NCBI RefSeq assembly: GCF_002795245.1 | Contig: NZ_PGVG01000015.1 | Location: forward strand, 136,599 to 160,598 | DNA length: 24,000 nt | Reading direction: 5' to 3' | Origin: Bradyrhizobium forestalis | Lineage (GTDB): Bacteria > Pseudomonadota > Alphaproteobacteria > Rhizobiales > Xanthobacteraceae | Shown here: positions 10,568 to 17,306 of the stretch, piece by piece | How the letters are laid out: each line of letters begins with the position of its first letter | How positions within the stretch are numbered: the stretch's first letter is position 1 | The notes under the pieces: generated by a model | The model's database searches: none | What the model was told of the DNA's origin: nothing | What the model saw: only the letters and a program-made list of their open reading frames with translations | Program-made: the position numbers and the translations under genes

Positions 10568-11827
10568 ATGACGACGACGATCACGACAAACAAGCCGTTT
10601 CATATCGATAAGAAACGTGTGTACGAGGCTTACAAAGCGGTCAAATCCAATGCGGGTTCGGCCGGTGTGGATGAACAGACGATCGAGCAGTTCGACTCCG
10701 ACTTGCAGAACAATCTCTACAAGCTTTGGAATCGGATGAGCTCGGGAAGCTACTTTCCACCACCGGTGCGCGCCGTCTCCATTCCCAAAAAGGCTGGAGG
10801 CCAGCGGATTTTAGGTGTGCCAACCGTAGCGGATCGAGTGGCCCAGATGGTTGTCAAACAACTCATTGAGCCGGACTTGGACCCAATATTTTTGGCAGAC
10901 TCCTATGGCTATCGGCCGAGAAAATCGGCGCTCGATGCTATCGGCGTCACGCGCAAGCGGTGCTGGAAATACGACTGGGTTCTCGAATTCGACATCAAAG
11001 GTCTGTTCGACAACATCGACCATGAACTTTTGCTACGGGCTGTCCGGAAGCACGTGACGTGCAAGTGGGCGCTGCTCTACATCGAACGATGGCTGACGGC
11101 ACCTATGGACAAGGATGGAATAATTATCGAGCGAACCCGCGGCACCCCTCAGGGTGGCGTGATTAGCCCGATATTATCCAACCTTTTCTTGCACTACACT
11201 TTCGACCTCTGGATGGGACGGGCGCACCCCGACCTCCCATGGTGTAGGTATGCAGACGATGGCCTAGTGCACTGCCGGAGCGAGCAAGAAGCGGAAGCCT
11301 TAAAGGCCGAGCTACAAACTCGTCTGGCGGAATGCGGGCTTGAGATGCACCCCACCAAAACCAGGATTGTCTACTGTAAGGACAGCCGGCGGAAGGGCAG
11401 CTATTCGAACGTCAAGTTTGACTTCCTTGGCTACTGCTTCCGGCCGCGACGGGCAAAGAACTCGCAAGACGCCTCGGTGTTCTGCAGTTTTCTGCCTGGG
11501 GTCAGCGCTTCGGCGCTGAAGTCTATGCGGGCGGCAATCCGGGATTTGAACCTCCGAAGACGGACCCATGTGTCAATGGCTGACATCGCTCGGCAGCTCA
11601 ATCCACTCCTGCGGGGGTGGATTGAGTATTACGGTCGATTCACGCGGGCGGCTCTGGGGCCAATCCTTCGATACGTCAATCAGACAATCGAGGCTTGGAT
11701 GATGCGGAAGTTCAAACGCTTTATGGGTCGCAAGGCCAAGCCCGGCCGCGTTCTCGAACGACTATCTCGAGAACGTCCCGGGTTGTTCGCACACTGGAAG
11801 ATCGGCATACGCGGCTCGTTCGCCTGA
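10568..11827 (+). CDS. Group II intron-encoded reverse transcriptase/maturase (RT + X domains, no obvious endonuclease domain)
   Basis: ORF 10406..11827. Probable start is MTTTITTNKPFHIDKKRVYEAYKAVKSNAGSAGVDEQT (ATG 10568). RT motifs seen are RAVSIPKKAGGQRILGVPTVADRV, GTPQGGVISPILSNLFL and RYADDGLVH. The maturase motif is LNPLLRGWIEYYG. Confidence 0.9.
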   Translation: MTTTITTNKPFHIDKKRVYEAYKAVKSNAGSAGVDEQTIEQFDSDLQNNLYKLWNRMSSGSYFPPPVRAVSIPKKAGGQRILGVPTVADRVAQMVVKQLIEPDLDPIFLADSYGYRPRKSALDAIGVTRKRCWKYDWVLEFDIKGLFDNIDHELLLRAVRKHVTCKWALLYIERWLTAPMDKDGIIIERTRGTPQGGVISPILSNLFLHYTFDLWMGRAHPDLPWCRYADDGLVHCRSEQEAEALKAELQTRLAECGLEMHPTKTRIVYCKDSRRKGSYSNVKFDFLGYCFRPRRAKNSQDASVFCSFLPGVSASALKSMRAAIRDLNLRRRTHVSMADIARQLNPLLRGWIEYYGRFTRAALGPILRYVNQTIEAWMMRKFKRFMGRKAKPGRVLERLSRERPGLFAHWKIGIRGSFA

Positions 11828-11830
11828 TGG

Positions 11831-11864
11831 GAGCCCAGTGAGGCGAGAGTCTCACGCTGGGATC
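11831..11864 (+). ncRNA. Group II intron domain V (catalytic hairpin) of intron B
   Basis: GAGCCCAGU-GAGGC-GAGA-GUCUC-AC-GCUGGGAUC is 34 nt. It has the AGC triad, a GNRA loop and a 2 nt AC bulge, matching the canonical DV layout position for position. Confidence 0.85.
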
Positions 11865-11867
11865 TAT

Positions 11868-11901
11868 GAGAGGCCGGCGGTGAGATTCCACCGGCCTACT
11901 C
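11868..11901 (+). ncRNA. Group II intron domain VI of intron B with bulged branch-point A (about 11898)
   Basis: GAGAGGCCGGCGG-UGAGAUU-CCACCGGCCU(A)CUC forms a hairpin with a single unpaired A on the 3' strand, 3 nt after DV. Confidence 0.65.
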
Positions 11902-11907
11902 GCCAAA

Positions 11908-11958
11908 GCCGCCTGCCCGGATCTGTGAGGGCAAAGCCAAATGGCCGAGCTACTCGAC
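11908..11958 (+). mobile_element. 3' remnant of intron A: 3' half of its domain V (GCCGC-CU-GCCCGGAUC, 11908-11923) and a domain VI-like hairpin ending ...GCUACUCGAC
   Basis: GCCCGGAUC pairs with GAGCCGGGU at 10005-10013, which lies 20 nt after the intron A RT stop. The downstream hairpin GAGGGCAAAGCC-AAAU-GGCCGAGCU(A)CUC mirrors the DVI of intron B. Confidence 0.5.
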
Positions 11959-12061
11959 CACGATCCCTGCGCCCACCGGCTCTCGCGTACTTGGAACTCG
12001 AGATTGCGCCCCCAGTGTGATCGTGAAGCTTGTGGGGTAACGGTCGAAGACATGAATTAGA

Positions 12062-12285
12062 CTGTACAACCTGACCCCACGCAGGCCTTAAGCTCTTTCA
12101 GGTGCCGGTCATGGCGAGGCTGATTGAGGTATGTGCACGCGTCGAGCCTCAAGTTAATGATCCTCTGCGGATTCCGACGAAAGAAGCGCGAGGCGGACCC
12201 GCTTTCTCGACACTTGCACATACCTCAATCAGCCTCGCCACAGCCGTCAAGGCTTGATTCGTACGTGGCGTGAGGTTGTAACCTG
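12062..12285. repeat. Large imperfect palindrome / MITE-like inverted repeat (~85 bp arms, ~60 bp centre)
   Basis: Core arms 12112-12146 (TGGCGAGGCTGATTGAGGTATGTGCAcgcGTCGAG) and 12206-12240 (its reverse complement, with 3 mismatches). Outer arms GTACAACCTGACCCCACG (12064-12081) and CGTGGCGTGAGGTTGTAAC (12264-12282). Confidence 0.7.
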
Positions 12286-12778
12286 AGACCGAGCGCGCGG
12301 CCAATTTCCAAATTGAAGCCGGAGCTGGACGGGTTGTTTGAGATGAAAGCGGACGTCTTGCGTCTATACGGGCCAGGTTCAAACCCGACGTGCCGCACCG
12401 CTCTTTCAAAGGAGGATGCGGGTAATGAGCGAACAGAGAGAAGGGGGAGGACTGTCGTTCTTTGGCTTTGTTGCGGTCGTCGACCTGAGCGAACGGCTTA
12501 GCTCCGGGTCAGCTATGAAGATTTACCTCATCTAGGGAGAGTGATGTGGAGTCCAACTATAACGAATGGTTCATTACGGACGCTTGGATGCATCAATACG
12601 CTGCTTTGCAAGAGCAGCAGCGGGCGAGGCAAGAGTCGGATCATATTCCTGCGGATCGTCGGATTATCGCGCCAATCTCATCAGGGTGACGGCACAGCGC
12701 GCGGTGGCAGGGATGGCGTGATCATGGGTTTCTTTTTCGCCGAGCACTTGCAGCGCACTCGGTGAGTTCTCCCCCACT

Positions 12779-12799
12779 GCGAGGACCTCGTGTCCTCGC
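12779..12799 (+). terminator. Hairpin GCGAGGAC-CTCGT-GTCCTCGC followed by GACCTTTTGCG; weak terminator or insulator upstream of pqqA
   Basis: Perfect 8 bp stem and a short T-run. Function is inferred. Confidence 0.3.
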
Positions 12800-12840
12800 G
12801 ACCTTTTGCGCCGCATTCATCTAGCCAGGAGCAAATCGAT

Positions 12841-12945
12841 ATGAGCTGGAAAGCCCCAAAAATCGTCGAATTACCGGTCGGTCTCGAAATCAACATGTAT
12901 GCGTGCGCCGCTCGCAAGGAGGTTACCAGAAAGCTGGGAGCTTGA
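12841..12945 (+). CDS. pqqA: PqqA, ribosomal precursor peptide of pyrroloquinoline quinone (34 aa, orphan copy)
   Basis: Below the ORF-track size cutoff. ATG 12841 with AGGAG about 10 nt upstream. The product MSWKAPKIVELPVGLEINMYACAARKEVTRKLGA has PqqA spacing W-x2-P-x3-E-x3-G-x-E-x3-Y, including the cross-linked Glu-x3-Tyr pair. Confidence 0.75.
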   Translation: MSWKAPKIVELPVGLEINMYACAARKEVTRKLGA

Positions 12946-13036
12946 AGACAGATCCTATCCTTGCGGTCAACGATCGAAGTGAGCACTACCCTGGCAAACA
13001 ACACCACACCTTAGGCAATCTCAAGGAGGAGACAAG

Positions 13037-13828
13037 ATGTCGATCACGATGACTCATAACGCCAAGTCTGCCGCTGAGGACCGTACTCAGCCGTTGGCGA
13101 ATTTCAAACTTGCAGCAGGAGTCACTCTGGCGGTGCTAGCGCTGATGGTGTTCTGGCGCATCTTTCAGCAGGTCTATGCTTGGAGTGCCGGCCTGGATTC
13201 GACTGAGCCCGCGTTCGATGTCGCCTGGATGACGTTGCTGAAGGTTGAGCTTAGCGTCATCCCTTTGCTCTGGGTGGTGACCTGGGCGTATCTATGGTTC
13301 ACGCGAGACCGCAATCTTGGCGCGCTCAAACCGCGGGAAGAGCTCCGGCGTTACTTCAATCTGGTCCTGTTCATCTTCATCTATGCCCTTTGCGTCTGGT
13401 TCGCTACCAGCTTCTTTGCCGAGCAGGACGCCTCATGGCATCAGGTTGTGGTCCGGGATACAAGCTTCACGCCGAGTCACATCGTGCTGTTCTACGGCAC
13501 CATGCCACTCTACGTCCTGTTTGGCGTGGGATCATTTCTGTACGCGATGACGAGGCTGCCGAAGTTCGCAACGCAGATCTCAATTCCATTCGTGCTCGCG
13601 GTTGTAGGTCCGTTTCTAATATTGCCGAACTTGGGCTACAACGAGTGGGGCCATGCCTTCTTCCTGATGGAAGAGGTGTTCTCCTATCCCTTGCACTGGG
13701 GCTTCGTCGTGATGGGCTGGAGTGTGCTGGCCTTGGGTGGGCTCCTGATCCAGATCGCGATGCACATGCTTGAAGTGATCGGGCGGCTTTCCCAAGAGGA
13801 CGAAGTTTCGGTCGCCACCCAGCGCTGA
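13037..13828 (+). CDS. pmoC: Copper membrane monooxygenase subunit C (PmoC/AmoC family; generic xmoC)
   Basis: SD AAGGAGGAG upstream. Contains the hallmark EQDASWHQVVVRDTSFTPSHIVLFY and NEWGHAFFLMEEVFSYPLHW motifs with all Asp/His/His and Asn/His/His metal ligands. Multi-TM, 263 aa. Confidence 0.9.
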   Translation: MSITMTHNAKSAAEDRTQPLANFKLAAGVTLAVLALMVFWRIFQQVYAWSAGLDSTEPAFDVAWMTLLKVELSVIPLLWVVTWAYLWFTRDRNLGALKPREELRRYFNLVLFIFIYALCVWFATSFFAEQDASWHQVVVRDTSFTPSHIVLFYGTMPLYVLFGVGSFLYAMTRLPKFATQISIPFVLAVVGPFLILPNLGYNEWGHAFFLMEEVFSYPLHWGFVVMGWSVLALGGLLIQIAMHMLEVIGRLSQEDEVSVATQR

Positions 13829-13860
13829 AACCGCTTATGAACCATTGATCGCTGACAGCC

Positions 13861-13881
13861 CGGCATGTGCAAAGCATGCCG
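13861..13881 (+). promoter_or_regulatory. Intercistronic hairpin between subunit C and A genes (CGGCATG-TGCAAAG-CATGCCG, then TCTTG)
   Basis: 7 bp perfect stem in the 126 nt C-A spacer. Possibly an mRNA processing, stability or attenuation element (inference). Confidence 0.25.
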
Positions 13882-13954
13882 TCTTGTAATCATGTCGGGC
13901 GTCGGTTTCCAGGAAGGTCGATCTCAACTCGGTAAAAGCAATTAGGAGGAAGCC

Positions 13955-14812
13955 ATGCAAGGAGGAACGTCTGTGAGACTGTATGGGCTCGAATGGCCTA
14001 AAGAGTCAGCAAGAATCTCAAGAGTGTTAGACCTTCTCGTCGCCGCCATCCTTTTTCTGGCCGTCTCCGGCGCATTCCACCTACATTACATGCTGACCGC
14101 AGGGGACTGGGATATGTGGATCGATTGGAAAGACAGACAGTGGTGGGTCACTTTGTCTCCAATTATGGCCATAACATTCCCTGCAGCTTTGCAGTATGTG
14201 TTTTGGACGAAATTTAGACTTCCAATCGCCGCTACATTTGCGGTCGTTTGTCTCCTGTTCGGTCAGTGGATAAATCGATATTTCGGTTTCCACCTTTGGT
14301 CGTACTTTCCGATGAGCGAGGTCATTCCAGCGCTGCTGATACCTGGCGCACTAGTCCTCGATGTCGCTCTTTTGCTGACCGGGAATTTTTTGTTCACGGC
14401 CATGTCCGGCGCCTTTGCATTCGCACTGCTTTTCTACCCGACTAACTGGTTTTGGCTGGCGCCATATCGGCTACCCGTAGAAGTGATGGGGCAGCTTGTT
14501 TCCGTGGGCGATTACATCAGCTATGCCTTCACCCGCACCGCCCTGCCTGAGTATATCCGGCTGATAGAGCGGGGCACGCTTCGAACTTTTGGTGGCCACT
14601 CAGCCATTATCGCGTCCTTTTTCTCGGCGTTCGTATCCATACTGATGTATTTGGCGTGGTGGCATATCGGAATGCTCCTCGCTCGTGTGGTAACGACGCC
14701 AAACACCCTGAAAAATTTTATGGGGCTCACCGATAAGGATGAGCCAGCTGAGGCAGCCCAAAAAGCCATAGACGGCACCAGCCTGCAAGGGCGCTTCGTC
14801 GCAGCCGAATGA
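13955..14812 (+). CDS. pmoA: Copper membrane monooxygenase subunit A (PmoA/AmoA family; xmoA) with a ~35 aa C-terminal extension
   Basis: HLHYMLTAGDWDMWIDWKDRQWW, GQWINRYFGF and LPEYIRLIERGTLRTFGG are PmoA/AmoA signatures. There are two possible starts, each with its own AGGAGG: ATG 13955 or GTG 13973. Confidence 0.9.
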   Translation: MQGGTSVRLYGLEWPKESARISRVLDLLVAAILFLAVSGAFHLHYMLTAGDWDMWIDWKDRQWWVTLSPIMAITFPAALQYVFWTKFRLPIAATFAVVCLLFGQWINRYFGFHLWSYFPMSEVIPALLIPGALVLDVALLLTGNFLFTAMSGAFAFALLFYPTNWFWLAPYRLPVEVMGQLVSVGDYISYAFTRTALPEYIRLIERGTLRTFGGHSAIIASFFSAFVSILMYLAWWHIGMLLARVVTTPNTLKNFMGLTDKDEPAEAAQKAIDGTSLQGRFVAAE

Positions 14813-14839
14813 TCCTGCTGGGACTGTGGAGGACTCCAA

Positions 14840-16162
14840 ATGAGAACATTCTGTTTCCGCAAAAGCTCACGCTTGCTTGTAATCTTATCGGCAGCGGCGG
14901 CGATCATGCAGATCGGAATACTGACCTTCGTCCCAGATGCTGCTCTGGCGCATGGTGAGCGCAATCAGGAGCCGTTTCTGCGGATGCGAACGGCTCATTT
15001 TTACGATGTGAACTGGAGCACGAACGAAATTCCCGTGAACGGTGAAATCGTTGTCACCGGCAAGTTCCGACTCTTCCCGATCTGGCCAGTCAACCTACCC
15101 CTTCCCGAAGCGGCCTTTCTGGGAAACGGGACGCCGGGCCCGGTGCTAGCCCGAACCGAGAGCTACATTAATGGTGTCCCAGCAATTCAGTCCACCAAAC
15201 TGGAGTTGAACCGGGACTATGAATTCAAAACAGTGCTCAAAGGACGAGTGCCAGGCCACCATCACGTCCATCCGATGATCAACGTGATGGGAGCCGGGCC
15301 GCTGCTCGGACCGGGAAACTGGCTGACGGTGACGGGGAACGAAAGCGACTTCAAGCTTCCAATCAAAACTCTCAGTGGCGAGACTATCGATAATCTCGAA
15401 ACCTGGGGCCTTGGCAGGGTGTTCTTCTGGCATGGCTTGTGGGTTGCGATCGCCATCGTGTGGCTTGTCTGGTGGTTGCGCCGGCCGCTCCTGCTGCCTC
15501 GTTTTCGCGCGTTGACGGAAAAAGGCGGCGATCGATCTCAGCTCGTTACCAGCACCGATCGCCTATTTGGGGCCGGTTTGCTCGTGGCGACGATTCTCAT
15601 CGTATTCTTCGGCTTTCAGGCGACCGACATCGCTTATCCAAGGACCGTGCCGCTGCAGGGGTCCCGCGCAACCGTCGAGCCCCTACCGGAAGTGCCTGAG
15701 CAGGTCAAAGTTGTGGTCAACAAGTCAAACTATGACGTCCCTGGCCGCTCGCTTCGTATGAACGTGACACTGACGAACAATGGGAGCACGTCAGCACAGC
15801 TTGGCGAGTTCTTAACTTCCAATCAGCGCTTCATCAACCATGAGGTTAGCCAGGCAATGGCGGCGGTGGATCCGAATTACCCCAAGGAATTGCTTCCTCC
15901 GAATGGGCTTAAGGTGAGCGACAGCCGACCGCTCAAGCCGGGTGAAACGAAGACAGTCGATATCGAAGCGGCCGACGCGGCATGGGAGACGGAGCGCTTG
16001 AGTAGCCTGATCAACGATCCGGACAACACGTTGGGAGGACTGTTGTTCTTCTATGACGAGCACGGCAAACGGACAATCTCAAACGTCAGCGGCCCCATGG
16101 TCCCTGTATTCACCGATCCCGACAACCGCACGGCTGAGAATCCGAAAGGAGGTCCGGGTTGA
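14840..16162 (+). CDS. pmoB: Copper membrane monooxygenase subunit B (PmoB/AmoB family; xmoB)
   Basis: Signal peptide ending ALA|HGERNQEPFLRMRT (N-terminal His of the CuB site). Contains the HxH motif (GHHHVHPMINVMGAGPLLGPGNW), two central TM helices and a C-terminal cupredoxin-like domain. SD GGAGG upstream. Confidence 0.9.
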   Translation: MRTFCFRKSSRLLVILSAAAAIMQIGILTFVPDAALAHGERNQEPFLRMRTAHFYDVNWSTNEIPVNGEIVVTGKFRLFPIWPVNLPLPEAAFLGNGTPGPVLARTESYINGVPAIQSTKLELNRDYEFKTVLKGRVPGHHHVHPMINVMGAGPLLGPGNWLTVTGNESDFKLPIKTLSGETIDNLETWGLGRVFFWHGLWVAIAIVWLVWWLRRPLLLPRFRALTEKGGDRSQLVTSTDRLFGAGLLVATILIVFFGFQATDIAYPRTVPLQGSRATVEPLPEVPEQVKVVVNKSNYDVPGRSLRMNVTLTNNGSTSAQLGEFLTSNQRFINHEVSQAMAAVDPNYPKELLPPNGLKVSDSRPLKPGETKTVDIEAADAAWETERLSSLINDPDNTLGGLLFFYDEHGKRTISNVSGPMVPVFTDPDNRTAENPKGGPG

Positions 16163-16725
16163 ACATCGTAAAAGCCGCAGTGCTTGGAATTCCATCTTTG
16201 CTCCTCATCCTAGACTGCGGTGGGGCGCGGCCAGCGATTGCACACGGGGGAGTATCGATGGAGAAAGACGTGTGCAAGCTTCGCGCTGGGCCCTATATGA
16301 TGCATTTTACCGGATACCAGCCGGCCAAGCAGGGGAATCAGGAATTTTGCGAGGACATTCCGGAAATCGGCCGCACGGTCATCGTCTTGGATGCCGTCGG
16401 CGATGTGCTACGTGATCTGCCCATCGAGGTGCGGTTGTTGCGAGACGCCGGCAACGACGTAGACAGCGAGGCCGTCCTTCGAATCCCGCCAAAACAATAT
16501 CCGACAGGCTCACTATCGTTTCAGTACACGTTCCCCGAATCCGGGCGCTTTGTGGGCCTCGTGATAGTCGGCGACGGACCGAAATACGTATCGAGATTTC
16601 CGTTTTCGGTTGGTTACGGCAACGGGATTTGGGTCCGATATAGGGACAGTTTCGCAATCGTTCTAGGAACGCTGGCAGCCGGGGCCGCCCTGTTTTGGTA
16701 CTCCACGTTGCGCAAGGAAAGCTAG
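16159..16725 (+). CDS. PmoD/AmoD-like secreted protein: signal peptide, beta-rich periplasmic domain, single C-terminal TM anchor
   Basis: TTG start overlapping the subunit B stop (TTGA), with AAAGGAGG 7 nt upstream. Signal peptide ends AIA|HGG. Contains a C-x7-M-x-H motif (VCKLRAGPYMMHF) and a C-terminal helix IVLGTLAAGAALFWY. Position right after CAB matches pmoD/amoD. Family assignment is from architecture and memory, not alignment. Confidence 0.6.
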   Translation: MNIVKAAVLGIPSLLLILDCGGARPAIAHGGVSMEKDVCKLRAGPYMMHFTGYQPAKQGNQEFCEDIPEIGRTVIVLDAVGDVLRDLPIEVRLLRDAGNDVDSEAVLRIPPKQYPTGSLSFQYTFPESGRFVGLVIVGDGPKYVSRFPFSVGYGNGIWVRYRDSFAIVLGTLAAGAALFWYSTLRKES

Positions 16726-16769
16726 GCTAGCACTTTGTCGGCCGCTGTCCGGCAATAAGGGTCACACTC

Positions 16770-17297
16770 ATGTCTCACGAAAAACACGGAAACAAGAGCG
16801 ATTATATCCGAGTAGCGACGGGGCCGTCACTCGATCATGCTGGCACGCCAAACTTGACCGCCGGCACCGGCAGGGCGCGAACTAGGCTGATTCAAGGGAC
16901 GGTAAAAGAACTCTCCTCCGCAAGCAGGCGTCCGGTATCAGCGCTTGGCATCACGTTGCTGTGCGTTGGCCTCGTGTGCCTGCCGACGGCCGCCTCTGCA
17001 CATGCCGCTCTCGTGAAGTCCGATCCCGCGAGCCGGGCAGTGTTAGCTCATTCGCCGCAGCAGATCGAACTGTGCTTCAACGAACGCATAGAGCTCAAGT
17101 TTTCGAAAGTGGAGCTCAAGAACGCCAATGGTCAGTCGCTAACGCTCGGCGATTTGAAAGCAGGCAATGATCCGAAGTGCATGGTAACGGCAGTATCTGA
17201 CATGAGACCGGGGAGCTATTCGGTTCATTACCGCGTGCTCTCGCAAGACGGGCATGTGGTGGACTACGGCTATCAGTTCACCGTCGAGCAACGTTAG
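16770..17297 (+). CDS. copC: CopC-family periplasmic copper-binding protein
   Basis: Mature N-terminus is ASA|HAALVKSDPA, and the protein also contains YSVHYRVLSQDGHVVDYGYQFTV, both canonical CopC. An unusually long n-region carries SRRPVSAL (Tat-like twin arginine). The start codon is uncertain. Confidence 0.8.
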   Translation: MSHEKHGNKSDYIRVATGPSLDHAGTPNLTAGTGRARTRLIQGTVKELSSASRRPVSALGITLLCVGLVCLPTAASAHAALVKSDPASRAVLAHSPQQIELCFNERIELKFSKVELKNANGQSLTLGDLKAGNDPKCMVTAVSDMRPGSYSVHYRVLSQDGHVVDYGYQFTVEQR

Positions 17298-17306
17298 GCA
17301 TGCGGA

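Larger units (their letters stand above)
10012..11905 (+). mobile_element. Group II intron B, apparently complete, ~1.89 kb; ends uncertain by about 10 nt
   Basis: Candidate 5' ends are GUGCG (10012) or GUGUG (10019). An internal IEP ORF is followed 4 nt later by a canonical 34 nt domain V and a domain VI hairpin with a bulged A. Size and an En-less ~419 aa IEP recall RmInt1-type bacterial introns (from memory, not verified). Confidence 0.8.

Noticed and set aside
10406-11827. Reverse transcriptase as a retron, DRT or Abi-type defence RT
   Set aside because: The ORF is followed within 4 nt by a canonical group II domain V and a domain VI with a bulged A. It also has a maturase X motif (RGWIEYYG), and the upstream RNA begins with GUGYG. 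It is an intron IEP, not a defence RT.
12370-12405. tRNA-like T-loop string GGTTCAAACCC followed by ...GCCGCACC
   Set aside because: The flanking bases do not form a T-stem or an acceptor stem, and no D arm or anticodon arm can be drawn. At most it is a decayed fragment.
12149-12409. ORF of 86 aa on the minus strand
   Set aside because: It runs straight through both arms of the large palindrome, so the sequence is better explained as a structured or mobile repeat.
12541-13007. ORFs 12541..12765(+) and 12681..13007(-)
   Set aside because: They have no recognisable domains or SD. The minus-strand ORF overlaps pqqA antisense. Fragments here may be gene debris, but I cannot assign them.
13294-16063. 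Alternate-frame ORFs inside xmoC/A/B (e.g. 13294..13773+, 13467..13877-, 14521..14964-, 15812..16063-)
   Set aside because: They are embedded in strongly supported CuMMO subunit genes and have no independent support.
13037-16162. Calling the operon methane monooxygenase or ammonia monooxygenase specifically
   Set aside because: Homology cannot discriminate substrate within the CuMMO family. No methanol or hydroxylamine oxidation genes are visible, so only the family-level call is justified.
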